A stretch of DNA of 64,000 nucleotides from an uncultured Pseudomonadales bacterium (GCA_964443885.1 CAYUES010000001.1:4949-68948), one strand, 5' to 3'; shown: positions 9,763-19,382, numbered from the stretch's first letter. Numbers and translations: made by a program. Notes: generated by a model from the letters alone, not told the origin.

Positions 9763-10758
9763 TTATAGTTGTATCGTAATATCAAAGACTTCTCGCTTGA
9801 CTCCACCCAGGCGATACTTGTACTCTTCTCCACCTCTTAAAAAGTCATAAATTTGTTTGCCATGTTCGATTGCATGCTTAATTGTGTACGCAGTCAAAGT
9901 TGCTCCAGTCCCGACTTCTTTGTACAAGGCAGGATCAAACCCGGAGTTATACAACTCGTACTCGTTGTTGTAGTCAAACAACAACATGCTGGCCACTCGT
10001 TGGCCTTCGATCTTGAGGAAAAATAACTTGAGCCAGCCTGCACGCGCCATTGCTGGTACAAGTTCTCGGAAAAACACCAGATGTGGCTCGTTCCAGAATT
10101 CACGCTTGGCGGCAGAAGAAGTCTTGTGTAGAGCAATGAACTCATCAAGGGCAGTTCGAGCAGCCGTCTCTTCGGTAATAACTTCAAACTGATGATCTAC
10201 TTCGTCGAGACGGCGCCACTTCCGTTTCACTTCGTGGCGCTGTTTGCGCTCTAAACTCGCCAGGTAGTCCTCCCATGTCTTGGGTAAAAGTATGTAGGGC
10301 GCGACATCTTGGACGGTTTCAGTAGCCTGAGGAAATGAGTCCTTCAAAAATGCTCTAGTCTGGCTAGCTTCCGGCAAACTACACAAATATAGCTGATCAG
10401 CCTGGTTTTGGGCGGTTAGATGGGCATATAACGCCTGATACACCTCGGTTGTAGCAGCTTGATGAACGATAATATCCAAAGTATCAGAAACATTGACACA
10501 CCCTATAAAGCATAGCTCGCTTTTTCCCTCAGCATTTTTAGTCAAGTACAACGGTGCTATTCCCTGCATAATTCCCGCAGAGTCACGGACGACTGTAACC
10601 TGGAGCGTGCCGCTTCCCAAGGTTTTCCACCAGGCTGCTAAGAACTGAGGGGTCTGAAAAATTGTATTAGTTGGTGAGTCTTCGAGCAGTGCCAGCCACT
10701 CGGCTTCCAGGCTATTAAAACAAAGTGGATCGGTCTCGACGGTAACGGTTACTGACAT
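9763..10758 (-). CDS. GNAT-fold acetyltransferase, FemAB/CelD(BioF2-like, Acetyltransf_6) family
   Basis: Two-lobed roughly 330-aa protein, C-terminal EFWNEPHLVFFRELV...GKQIYDFLRGGEEYKYRLGG typical of CelD/FemX-like family. Track start 10863 would overlap the divergent gene; ATG at 10758 chosen. Confidence 0.55.
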   Translation of the reverse strand: MSVTVTVETDPLCFNSLEAEWLALLEDSPTNTIFQTPQFLAAWWKTLGSGTLQVTVVRDSAGIMQGIAPLYLTKNAEGKSELCFIGCVNVSDTLDIIVHQAATTEVYQALYAHLTAQNQADQLYLCSLPEASQTRAFLKDSFPQATETVQDVAPYILLPKTWEDYLASLERKQRHEVKRKWRRLDEVDHQFEVITEETAARTALDEFIALHKTSSAAKREFWNEPHLVFFRELVPAMARAGWLKLFFLKIEGQRVASMLLFDYNNEYELYNSGFDPALYKEVGTGATLTAYTIKHAIEHGKQIYDFLRGGEEYKYRLGGVKREVFDITIQL

Positions 10759-10843
10759 ATCTACAAGGTATTGTATACTCAAAGCTAGATTTTGAGAAAA
10801 GTACTTACTTTTTAGGCCAATTACTAGACCTATAACAAGAAAT

Positions 10844-11443
10844 ATGCTAAAACCCACCCTCATTCAGATCTCAACCAAGACCGGTGACACAGGTGAAAGC
10901 GGTTTGGCCAGTGGTCACCGCTTAGCCAAAGATGCCTTGGTTTTTGAGGTGGTCGGAACCCTCGATGAGCTTAATAGCTGGCTGGGAGTGGTCCTTACTC
11001 AGTATGAACCACTGCATATCACGGCTTTGCACGACAAAAATAATAAAAAGTTGATTGAAAACCTTTATCACATCCAAAACACTCTTTTTTACCTCGGAGC
11101 TGAGATTGCAGGCGCGCCCAAGACCAAGCTCGAAAATACAGAATTAAAGTCACTGGAAGCATGGTCTGACGGTCTTCAACAGCACATGGCAGCCAATTGG
11201 ACGACCCAATTTTTGCTTCCCGGCGGTACACAACTGGGTGCATGGTTGGATGTGACTCGAACGGTCTGTCGACGTTGCGAACGTGTGCTAATTTCGTACA
11301 GTCGCGAGGTCGCGGTACGGCCACTACTTTTGCAGTACCTCAATCGCCTTTCTGACTACTTATATGTGATGCGTTGTTATGTCAATCAAGAGCTCTCGTA
11401 TCAAGAGAAACCTTTTAATTCAGCCCAAAAAGTGGTAAAGTAA
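10844..11443 (+). CDS. PduO-type ATP:cob(I)alamin adenosyltransferase family protein (MMAB-like)
   Basis: ISTKTGDTGESGLASGHRLAKDALVFEVVGTLDELNSWLG matches the PF01923 N-terminal signature (TKTGDxGxT...DEL). Confidence 0.75.
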   Translation: MLKPTLIQISTKTGDTGESGLASGHRLAKDALVFEVVGTLDELNSWLGVVLTQYEPLHITALHDKNNKKLIENLYHIQNTLFYLGAEIAGAPKTKLENTELKSLEAWSDGLQQHMAANWTTQFLLPGGTQLGAWLDVTRTVCRRCERVLISYSREVAVRPLLLQYLNRLSDYLYVMRCYVNQELSYQEKPFNSAQKVVK

Positions 11444-11616
11444 TAAGACTTCTCAAGGGGTGACTGATCACTATTGATACTAATTGATAATATTAGATAC
11501 ATTAAATAAGTAGCTAGAATTGTGTTGATATACCAATACAAATTTTTTTTATTCAAAATTAGCAGTGTTTGTCAATCACTGCTAACTCGAGTAAACTGCA
11601 AATAATAATTAAAATA

Positions 11617-12273
11617 ATGCCTAATGCTCAACAAAAAAACTACTGTCGCCTCTACCTGGTTCGCCATGGTGAGAGTGAAGGTAATGTGTTGGGGGTCATT
11701 CAAGGGCATGCAGACTTCCCTCTTACTGAGCGTGGTAAGCAACAAGCAGCCCAATTGGCAAGTGATTTAGAAGGTGTCGAGTTTGCGGCTGTTTTTGCCT
11801 CAGATTTAGTGCGAGCAAGCCAAACAGCGGCGGTTGTGGCCAGTAATCGCAAGCTGGCGGTCACTACAACTGCGTTACTACGTGAGCGTAGCTTCGGAAA
11901 GTATGAAAAGGAGCTTAGCGTTGAGTCCCAACGAGAGCTTCGAGAGCTCTTACAGCAACATGAAGCAGTCGCCACCAAAGAGCTTTTTCACAAAAAATTG
12001 GGCTCAGATATTGAATCTGACGAGGAAGTGGTCGGTCGATTTATCAACTTTTTGCGGGAAGTAGCGGTGGCCTACGCTGCTAGCAACATTTTAGTCGTTT
12101 CCCACTCAGGAATGCTCAAAAGTCTCTTAATTCACTTAGGCTATGCTACCTATCAGGAGCTAAAACACGGTAGTATACCTAATGCCTCTTATATCGTTAT
12201 TGAGTCCGATGGCGTCGATTTCTTCATCCAAGAGACAGTTGGGATCATCAAAACGCCTGTGGAAAATATATAG
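11617..12273 (+). CDS. Histidine phosphatase superfamily (phosphoglycerate mutase-like, branch 1) protein
   Basis: LYLVRHGESEGN (RHGE catalytic His motif). Track start 11569 is TTG; ATG at 11617. Confidence 0.75.
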   Translation: MPNAQQKNYCRLYLVRHGESEGNVLGVIQGHADFPLTERGKQQAAQLASDLEGVEFAAVFASDLVRASQTAAVVASNRKLAVTTTALLRERSFGKYEKELSVESQRELRELLQQHEAVATKELFHKKLGSDIESDEEVVGRFINFLREVAVAYAASNILVVSHSGMLKSLLIHLGYATYQELKHGSIPNASYIVIESDGVDFFIQETVGIIKTPVENI

Positions 12274-12394
12274 GCCAAACAACTTGAATGTTATAGAATC
12301 TTATTCTCGCTGAAGTACTAGCCTATAGCTATGAAAAATCAGTATACATAGTCTCAATAGTATTTCTATATTCTCTACAGTACTGCCCTAAAAT

Positions 12395-13015
12395 CTAATA
12401 CTGAAATTTACGAATCAGTCCGACTACTCTTCCTTGAATTTGAACATTGGTAGCATAGATGGGACTCATCGTTGCGTTAGCAGGTTCCAACCGAACGCGG
12501 GTCATTTCTTTGTAAAATCGTTTCAAAGTTGCTAAGCCGTTATCCAAAAGTGCTACCACGATATCGCCATCGTGAACTTCTTGGGTTTCTTCAATCACCA
12601 CATAATCCCCATCAGCGATATGATCTTCGATCATTGACTCGCCTTTGACTTGTAAAACATACGAGCGACGTTTGCCACTAATCATTTCTGGTGAAACTTT
12701 GAAAGTTGCGTTTGGATCGTGGTGTGGTTCAATCGGTGAACCAGCAGCAATAAAGCCCATCACTGGCAAGTCGATACTTTCGGCCATCTTCAAAAATGTG
12801 CGATCGAGTAACTCAATACCGCGTACTGAGCCTTCATGCTTGCGAATAACTTTTTTTCGTTGGAGAGCTTGCAGATGCTCATGAACTGTCGCCAATGATG
12901 AGACACCAATTGACTCTGCAATTTCTTTGAGCGTTGGTGAGTAGCCATTTTTTTGTAAATACTGCGCAATAAAGTCAACAATCTGTCGTTGTCGTTTGTA
13001 TAGTGTAACTGCCAT
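12395..13015 (-). CDS. lexA: LexA repressor (SOS regulator, S24 peptidase)
   Basis: N-terminal wHTH (YSPTLKEIAESIGVSSLATVHEHLQALQRKKVI). C-terminal S24 domain with VKGESM (catalytic Ser) and GDIVVALLDNGLATLKRF (Lys). Track start 13075 is GTG; ATG at 13015 with GGAAGG upstream. Confidence 0.9.
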   Translation of the reverse strand: MAVTLYKRQRQIVDFIAQYLQKNGYSPTLKEIAESIGVSSLATVHEHLQALQRKKVIRKHEGSVRGIELLDRTFLKMAESIDLPVMGFIAAGSPIEPHHDPNATFKVSPEMISGKRRSYVLQVKGESMIEDHIADGDYVVIEETQEVHDGDIVVALLDNGLATLKRFYKEMTRVRLEPANATMSPIYATNVQIQGRVVGLIRKFQY

Positions 13016-13048
13016 GGGTTCCTTCCGTATAAAAACTGAGTAATTTGT

Positions 13049-13069
13049 TTCGGGCGTATCTTTCCCGAA
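13049..13069. promoter_or_regulatory. Perfect inverted repeat TTCGGG-N9-CCCGAA 34-54 nt upstream of lexA start; candidate LexA operator
   Basis: Sequence TTCGGGCGTATCTTTCCCGAA read directly. Located in the lexA 5' region. Not matched to a known LexA-box consensus. Confidence 0.3.
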
Positions 13070-13238
13070 GTACACTTAGAATAGCCGAACATGAGGCGAA
13101 TCGACAATTAGATCTTAAGCTGTCTAACTGTATCATCTAATATCCAAGAGGGTCAGTTGGGGAGGAAGAAGTTTCGGTTTTTGAAGTCAGCTCTAATTGA
13201 TACATTTCTGAGGTTGCCTTTTCAAGGTGTAATCTCAC

Positions 13239-14978
13239 TTAAACCAGTGCGCGCCCAGTCATGGAAGATGGCTTTTCAATCCCCATTGCTTTCAGAATTG
13301 TGGGTGCGACATCAGCTAAAATGCCGGTCGGCAGCATATTGGGACGAGTAAACTGTTTGCCAATCACAAAAAACGGCACTGGATAAGAAGAATGCTCGGT
13401 ATCGACTTCACCAGTTTGGTTATTAATCATCTCTTCGACATTACCGTGATCAGCAGTGATAAAGACCATACCACCTAGTAATAGGACTTGATTAACGATC
13501 TTGCCTACCACCTCGTCTACCACCTCACAGGCTTTAATAGCTGCTTCTAAGTTGCCTGTATGGCCAACCATGTCCCCATTACAGATGTTGGCAATGACGA
13601 TATCAAAGGTATTTGTTTTGAGATACTTGATCATCTCATCAGCAATTTCATAGGCACTCATTTCTGGGGCTTGGTCGTATGACTTGACACCTTTGGAAGG
13701 GATGATCACCCGTTTTTCACCAGGGAACATATCTTCTTTTTGGCCGTTCATGTAGTAAGTAACAAAACGCTCCTTCTCTGTTTCGGTGATGCGAAGCTGG
13801 CGCAAACTATTGTCGGCGAAAACTTTTCCAAGCGGATTTTTAATATTTTGGGGTGGGAAACCAATATCGACAGGGAGTCCATCCTCATAGTTGGTCATCG
13901 TCACAAAGTATAAATTACCAACAATTTTTTGTCTTTGAAAAGTTTGAGAAGTTATATCCTGTTGAATATTTGTCTTCTCATATTTCTCAGTATATGGGTC
14001 AAAAGCAACATGCTTCACACCTTTTTCAAAGTCGGGCATCACAAATGCTCGTGTTAACTCACGGGGGCGGTCGATACGATAGTTGAAGAAAATTGCAGCA
14101 TCATTATCAGCAATACTACGGTGAGTGCCATCACTATTACAGACACAGATGGGCTCGATAAATTCATCGGTGATGCCTTGATCATACTGGGTCTGCATGG
14201 CTTGGATAGGATCAAGAATACATTGACGACCATCTCCCAAAGTTAAGGCATTGTAGGCTTTTTCAATACGCTCCCAGCGTTTATCCCGATCCATCGCGAA
14301 GTATCTGCCCATTAACGTGGCAATTTCTCCGACACCAATACTCTTACAGTGATCAATGAGTTGTTGCACGTAACTAATACCAGAAGTTGGAGGTGAGTCA
14401 CGGCCATCAGTAAATCCGTGGATGTACACTTTGCTTACTTCTTGTTGCTTACAAAAGTTTAATAATGCGTAGAGATGTTCAATGTTTGAATGTACGCCAC
14501 CAGCACCAATTAAACCCATCAAGTGCAGTGTCGAGTTATGCGCTTTAACATGGTTAACCGCATTCAAAAAAGCAGTATTTGAGTAAAACGATCCATCAGC
14601 AATTGCCATATTAATACGTGGTAAATCTTGATAGACAATGTGGCCAGCACCAATATTTAGATGGCCTGTTTCGGTATTGCCATTTTCTGCTTGTGGTAAG
14701 CCAACGGCTTGGCCACTGGCTTCAAGTTGAGTATGGGGGTAAGATAGCCAAAACTTGTTGATGTTTGGGGTTTTTGCTCGTTTAATTGCATTTCCAGGGT
14801 TGTCAGGACCAATTCCCCAGCCATCAAGTACGAGGAGTACTACTGGGCGTACTCCTTTATAACTTCCGGTTCGGCTCATGGAGTTGAAGGCGAGCTCACT
14901 TACAATGGGCTCGAACGAAGTTCTAGGGACTTCGGGAGTAATAGAGTCGACGGGTGTGGTGGTTTGATTACTATCCAT
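13239..14978 (-). CDS. gpmI: 2,3-bisphosphoglycerate-independent phosphoglycerate mutase (iPGM)
   Basis: VVLLVLDGWGIGPDNPGNAI signature and full-length alkaline-phosphatase-fold homology. ATG at 14978 has AGGAAG upstream. Alternative internal ATG at 14879 would give a conventional N-terminus. Confidence 0.9.
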   Translation of the reverse strand: MDSNQTTTPVDSITPEVPRTSFEPIVSELAFNSMSRTGSYKGVRPVVLLVLDGWGIGPDNPGNAIKRAKTPNINKFWLSYPHTQLEASGQAVGLPQAENGNTETGHLNIGAGHIVYQDLPRINMAIADGSFYSNTAFLNAVNHVKAHNSTLHLMGLIGAGGVHSNIEHLYALLNFCKQQEVSKVYIHGFTDGRDSPPTSGISYVQQLIDHCKSIGVGEIATLMGRYFAMDRDKRWERIEKAYNALTLGDGRQCILDPIQAMQTQYDQGITDEFIEPICVCNSDGTHRSIADNDAAIFFNYRIDRPRELTRAFVMPDFEKGVKHVAFDPYTEKYEKTNIQQDITSQTFQRQKIVGNLYFVTMTNYEDGLPVDIGFPPQNIKNPLGKVFADNSLRQLRITETEKERFVTYYMNGQKEDMFPGEKRVIIPSKGVKSYDQAPEMSAYEIADEMIKYLKTNTFDIVIANICNGDMVGHTGNLEAAIKACEVVDEVVGKIVNQVLLLGGMVFITADHGNVEEMINNQTGEVDTEHSSYPVPFFVIGKQFTRPNMLPTGILADVAPTILKAMGIEKPSSMTGRALV

Positions 14979-15035
14979 ATACTCTTCCTACTATAACTCT
15001 CTTTTTCTATATCTGGCAGAGGCAGTTATACGCAA

Positions 15036-16328
15036 CTATGCAGTTTGGGTTTGTGCAGGTGTTTGCTGTTGATAGTGTTGGGCGATTTCAAAGTTAATCT
15101 GTGCTAGACGATTATACTTTGCGGTGCGTTCACCTCGATTAGTAGGACCAAACTTGGCGTAGTCAGAACCCACCCCCACTGCAAAATCAGCAATGAAGTC
15201 ATCGTTGGTTTCGCCACTCCGGTGTGACATCACGATCTGCCAGTTAGCAGCCTTCGCAACTTTAATCACCTCGATTGTTTCTGTAATCGTACCGACCTGG
15301 TTTGGTTTGACCAGCAGTGTATTACAAAGTTTATTGGCAATGGCATTTTCTAGCTTTGCTTTATTAGTAGCCAGGAAACTATCGCCGACGATCTTGGTAG
15401 TTTCACCAATCTCGGCTGTCACTGCCTTCCACATATTCGTGTCATCTTCCTGGTAGGGGTCTTCTAGGTAGAATACATTGTACATATCGCGCATTTTTTT
15501 ATAGTATGCCAGTAGTTCCTCGCCAGAATACGGTTGTGAACGATCTTTTATCGTATAACGGCCACCTGAATATAACTGTTCAGCCGCGACATCAACACCA
15601 AAGAACAAATCTTGAGTAAAGGTATACGGCGTGGCTTTGATAGTTTCGACCATGATCTCAAAAACGTCACTATTACTATACAGGTTTGGAGTGAAGCCAC
15701 CGACTAGTCCCACCGAGTGAATTGCTCCTTTTAAAATCAACACTTCTTCGAGTTTTTGAAAAATAGTGACAGCCATGTCGAGTGAGCCTTCATAACTCAA
15801 GTGACTAGCAGGAATAACTTGAAACTCTTGGAAGTCTAAGTTATTTGCTCCATGCTCTCCTCCATTTACCACGGTGTAGATACAGGTTGGAATTGTCAGT
15901 GATTGGGTCAGCTGATACTTTTGCATGATGTAGTAGTACAGAGGGACGTTCTGGGAAAGTGCGCCAGCCTTGAGGGTGGCCTGGGAAACAGCGAGGACGG
16001 CGTTTACCCCGAGCTTTGATTTATTTGGTGTGCCATCTAACTGGATTAAAATATTGTCAATTTCTTCTTGATTAGTGGGATCTTTGCCAATAATTTGTGG
16101 CGCAATATAGGTATTAATATAGTTGACGGCCGTCAAGACACCTTTGCCGAGCATGCGGTTGGGATCTTTGTCCCGTAGCTCTAGTGCTTCATACTTTCCA
16201 ATTGAAGTACCAGTGGGAACACTAGTTGCCACAATACCCCCTGTATCAAGCCAAAGTGTGCACTCAATAGTAGGCCAACCTCGAGAGTCGAGGATTTCAC
16301 GCGCGTATATTCCTTGAATGATTGCCAT
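15036..16328 (-). CDS. eno: Enolase (copy 1, in glycolytic operon)
   Basis: MAIIQGIYAREILDSRGWPTIE...SHRSGETNDDFIADFAVG...RGERTAKYNRL. Full-length enolase. Note ETND in place of canonical ETED and RGER in place of RSER. Confidence 0.9.
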   Translation of the reverse strand: MAIIQGIYAREILDSRGWPTIECTLWLDTGGIVATSVPTGTSIGKYEALELRDKDPNRMLGKGVLTAVNYINTYIAPQIIGKDPTNQEEIDNILIQLDGTPNKSKLGVNAVLAVSQATLKAGALSQNVPLYYYIMQKYQLTQSLTIPTCIYTVVNGGEHGANNLDFQEFQVIPASHLSYEGSLDMAVTIFQKLEEVLILKGAIHSVGLVGGFTPNLYSNSDVFEIMVETIKATPYTFTQDLFFGVDVAAEQLYSGGRYTIKDRSQPYSGEELLAYYKKMRDMYNVFYLEDPYQEDDTNMWKAVTAEIGETTKIVGDSFLATNKAKLENAIANKLCNTLLVKPNQVGTITETIEVIKVAKAANWQIVMSHRSGETNDDFIADFAVGVGSDYAKFGPTNRGERTAKYNRLAQINFEIAQHYQQQTPAQTQTA

Positions 16329-16356
16329 AAGTATTCAATAAGTAACAATACGTAGT

Positions 16357-18207
16357 TTATTGTAAATATGCAAGCTGCTTTTCTTCAATTTCTGAAATTG
16401 TAGTATGAGTAATTTGGGCAGCTGCGGGTTTTACTACTACTCCATGATACCCGAGTTTGACGGCCTGTGCTACTAGGTCGTGTGAGTAATCCTCAAGATG
16501 TAGATTGAGTTGCAAGGGCTGCATCAAGGTTCGCAGCTCTTGCAGCTCCAAGACAGTTTGAGCAAGCTGCTCCAGTAGCTTGGAGACCGCAGTTTGATCC
16601 ATCGTGTAGTGTTGGTAGATTTCAGGATTATCAGGATCGATACCAAGTAGTAAGGCATGCAAACTTTTTGCATTGACTGAAAGTCCCGCCAACTTGTGGG
16701 TGGGGTACGAACGCAGGTTCAAGATATTTTCAGGCGTATTAACTTGCATCCAGATCGAGAAATGAGGATTATTGAAAAGCCCTGCTCGCTCTACTTCACT
16801 AATAATGTACTCAAGTTCATGCGGGGTGCGGACAAACGGCACTAAAAATGCCAGTGAGGACTGCGTTTTATGCAAGGCGGTCTTCAAAACTTCAATCTCA
16901 AACTGCAGTAACTGAGGTTGGCGATTGAGTTGTAGCCCACCTCTGTATCCCAAGTATGGATTGGGCTCGGAAGGTTCGTAGTTTTCACTGTAGCGAAGTT
17001 GACGGAGCTCACTGGAAGTAAAGTTTTGTGAACGGTAGATAACTGGCTTGAGCGGTAACGCTGCTTGATACGTATGAATCGTCTCAACAAGCTCTTTGAG
17101 CAACTGCTGTTTTTGTTTGGACTGAATGACGTGGAGCGGATGAATTCCAAACTTGGCTAGCGTGTACTCACTGCGCAATACCCCAATTCCCTCGACAGCG
17201 GGAAAAAGGTGTGGCAAGTGTTTTTGGGGATTGCCAGTCGAAATCAGTAGCTTTGTCATCGTTTTTTTGAGCGGGGCGGTTTTGAGAGCTTCCTCAAGAT
17301 CTTCGGTAATATCAGTAATAAAGATGCCCTCTTTAGTCAGTTCCCAAGCTACAATTTGCTGCGATAAGCGTTTTTGTTTGATCGCAAAGACAATTTGAGC
17401 AATCGCTTGGACTTGTTCTTCCGTTACTGAACCATGTTTTTGGTACTGTTGCGGGACTGGGAAAGAAATTAATTTGTCAGCTTCGCGACGGTACTGTTTG
17501 GTTTTGGTTGCAATCGTTTGATCAACAATTTGCCAACTGCGCACATCCACCGAAAAAGAGTCACTAGCATCGAGTAGTAACTGTTGGTCAGGACTGCCCC
17601 AGATCGCCTGGATTAAAACCTGACTTTTGGTGGCCTTTTTGGGGTGTGCCGTAAACCCCAATCCAGATACGACCGGCTGATGTTGTGCCTGGATAATAAT
17701 GGGTGTTGGTGCCAGGTGAATTTGACGAAGTTGGTGGTGTTTTTCAACGGCTCTAAAAACCAGTTCTGCCCAGGCTGCTAAAAATGACTCAATCAAGTTA
17801 GCTTCGCCTTGAATGTGCATAAAATCACTGCGATCAAAACCTAAGTAGTGGTTGGCAGGAATAATTGCTACAAAGTGTTCCGAAAAACGACGATGATACT
17901 GTGAAAGTAGCTCTTTTAAAAACCAAGTCGGTAGCTTCTGCTCGGTGAGGGTTTTTGTAATGTGTTTTTTTAACTTTTGCAGCTTGGTAGGATCGAGGTC
18001 ATCAGGACTTTGACTGGACTGTGAAAGAACGCTGAAAAGTTTATTTTCTTGAGCAATACGGTATAACGTTTCTGGTGGGATAAGAAGAGTTTCAGGAAGC
18101 GGAATTCCTTCTGCAAATAACTTGCCAAAGATCACACCCTGTGTTCCGACCTGAGAAGGTCCAAAATGTAAAAATTGTTCCACTGGAATCACCACCGGGC
18201 TAGGCAT
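16357..18207 (-). CDS. PEP-utilizing enzyme-like protein: PPDK/PpsA-type N-terminal ATP-grasp domain plus C-terminal PEP-utilizers TIM-barrel domain, no phosphohistidine domain detected
   Basis: N-terminus VSGLGFTAHPKKATKSQVLIQAIWGSPDQQLL resembles PPDK_N (SGVmFTxxP...wGLGE). C-terminus EGIGVLRSEYTL, NPYLGYRGG resemble PEP-utilizers_C (GIGLxRTEF, NPmLGxRG). No GGxTSHAAI-type central domain found by reading. 616 aa versus about 790-880 for PpsA/PPDK. Confidence 0.6.
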   Translation of the reverse strand: MPSPVVIPVEQFLHFGPSQVGTQGVIFGKLFAEGIPLPETLLIPPETLYRIAQENKLFSVLSQSSQSPDDLDPTKLQKLKKHITKTLTEQKLPTWFLKELLSQYHRRFSEHFVAIIPANHYLGFDRSDFMHIQGEANLIESFLAAWAELVFRAVEKHHQLRQIHLAPTPIIIQAQHQPVVSGLGFTAHPKKATKSQVLIQAIWGSPDQQLLLDASDSFSVDVRSWQIVDQTIATKTKQYRREADKLISFPVPQQYQKHGSVTEEQVQAIAQIVFAIKQKRLSQQIVAWELTKEGIFITDITEDLEEALKTAPLKKTMTKLLISTGNPQKHLPHLFPAVEGIGVLRSEYTLAKFGIHPLHVIQSKQKQQLLKELVETIHTYQAALPLKPVIYRSQNFTSSELRQLRYSENYEPSEPNPYLGYRGGLQLNRQPQLLQFEIEVLKTALHKTQSSLAFLVPFVRTPHELEYIISEVERAGLFNNPHFSIWMQVNTPENILNLRSYPTHKLAGLSVNAKSLHALLLGIDPDNPEIYQHYTMDQTAVSKLLEQLAQTVLELQELRTLMQPLQLNLHLEDYSHDLVAQAVKLGYHGVVVKPAAAQITHTTISEIEEKQLAYLQ

Positions 18208-18299
18208 ATATTCATCATACCCTATTTGATGAGGGAAAATAAAGATGCGACTACAGAGTAGTGATGATACAAGAGTTTTGAGTGAATGTACTGCAGCTT

Positions 18300-19382
18300 T
18301 TACCCACGCTTCTTGAGCTGATCTTTAAACCAGTCCACCCAAGGAATTGGAGCTGGATCAAGATTATGAATCATGGCTAAATAGAATGACGTATATGCGC
18401 CAAAGACGAGCAGCTCAAAGGCTTGTTCTAGCTTGGTTTTGGTAGTGAGTGTTAGGCTGCGATGTTCGATTTTGTTCTGCTCTAAAACATCAGACGTCAA
18501 GGTGGCGCGTAAGCGATTGCTTTGTAAGTACAACTCTGATTCGATAATAAAGAAGATGATCGCATCATCAAGATTAACTGGAAACTTCAAGCCTTCCATC
18601 AAGTGATGATTAAGCTCTGGGATCACTCGATACTCAGAATACGTCTTTGCGTTTTCATTGAGTTGGTTGGCCAAGACGTGTGCGACTCCCTCGAGGTGTC
18701 CAGCCGCTGTAATCACCGGGATACGAGTTGAGAACTCAAATGCAAGTAACTTAGAAGGATTAACTTCATCGGCAATATCAACACCAGAGAGCAAGTGAGC
18801 TTTCGCAATTGCCTCAAGAACCGCCGAAACTTCTGCGTCAGTGACGTTGAGCAGGCCAGCTTGTGCGAATAACGCAATTTGACCAAAAATTGAGTAGCCC
18901 AGTCCCATCCGTGGTTGGTTGGACGGGTTGTAGGTTGGCTCGAAGACTAAGACGGGGAAGTTGTGCTCTTTGAGTAGTTCTGCAAGTTTTCCACCAGACG
19001 TAATACCAGTTACTTTTGCACCTTTGTTAATAGCATCTTGAGTTGCGGCCAGCGTTTCTTCGGTTGAACCAGAGTAACTTGAAGCGATCACCAACGTATT
19101 TTCATTGACAAACTCTGGCAACGTGTAGTCAGGTACAATTATGACCGGGACTTTGAGCTCGTCTTTAAAAACAGTTTGAATTACATGAGTACCAAGCACT
19201 GAGCCACCCATACCAGCGACCACAACATTAGTTACTTGGCGATACGAGTCGTCGAAGTGCAGTGATTTTGCAACTTCCCAAACTTGTTGCACCTGGCTGT
19301 TCATTTGCTCAATCGAGCCAAGCACATTATGTTTGTCAATTTCAGCAATCTGTTCACGTGAGTCCAACAACTTGTCTGCCAT
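18300..19382 (-). CDS. pgi: Bifunctional phosphoglucose/phosphomannose isomerase (archaeal-type SIS-domain PGI/PMI)
   Basis: Two SIS-like halves (VVAGMGGSVLGTHVI...IASSYSGSTEET) and about 360 aa length typical of the TIGR02128-like PGI/PMI family. Strong SD AAAAGGAG upstream. Confidence 0.75.
   Translation of the reverse strand: MADKLLDSREQIAEIDKHNVLGSIEQMNSQVQQVWEVAKSLHFDDSYRQVTNVVVAGMGGSVLGTHVIQTVFKDELKVPVIIVPDYTLPEFVNENTLVIASSYSGSTEETLAATQDAINKGAKVTGITSGGKLAELLKEHNFPVLVFEPTYNPSNQPRMGLGYSIFGQIALFAQAGLLNVTDAEVSAVLEAIAKAHLLSGVDIADEVNPSKLLAFEFSTRIPVITAAGHLEGVAHVLANQLNENAKTYSEYRVIPELNHHLMEGLKFPVNLDDAIIFFIIESELYLQSNRLRATLTSDVLEQNKIEHRSLTLTTKTKLEQAFELLVFGAYTSFYLAMIHNLDPAPIPWVDWFKDQLKKRG

Noticed and set aside
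9763-10863. Long form of the FemAB/CelD-like GNAT (start 10863 with hydrophobic MRVGFSIFLVIGLVIGL N-terminus)
   Set aside because: Would overlap the divergent PduO-like gene start (10844) by 20 nt and remove all promoter space. ATG at 10758 gives a typical N-terminus. The hydrophobic stretch is probably fortuitous.
13080-13100. Cheo-box-like sequence CGAACATGAGGCGAATCG upstream of lexA
   Set aside because: Contains GAAC but the second half-site is not the inverted GTTC. It is not a palindrome, so it is not called as a Gram-positive-type LexA box.
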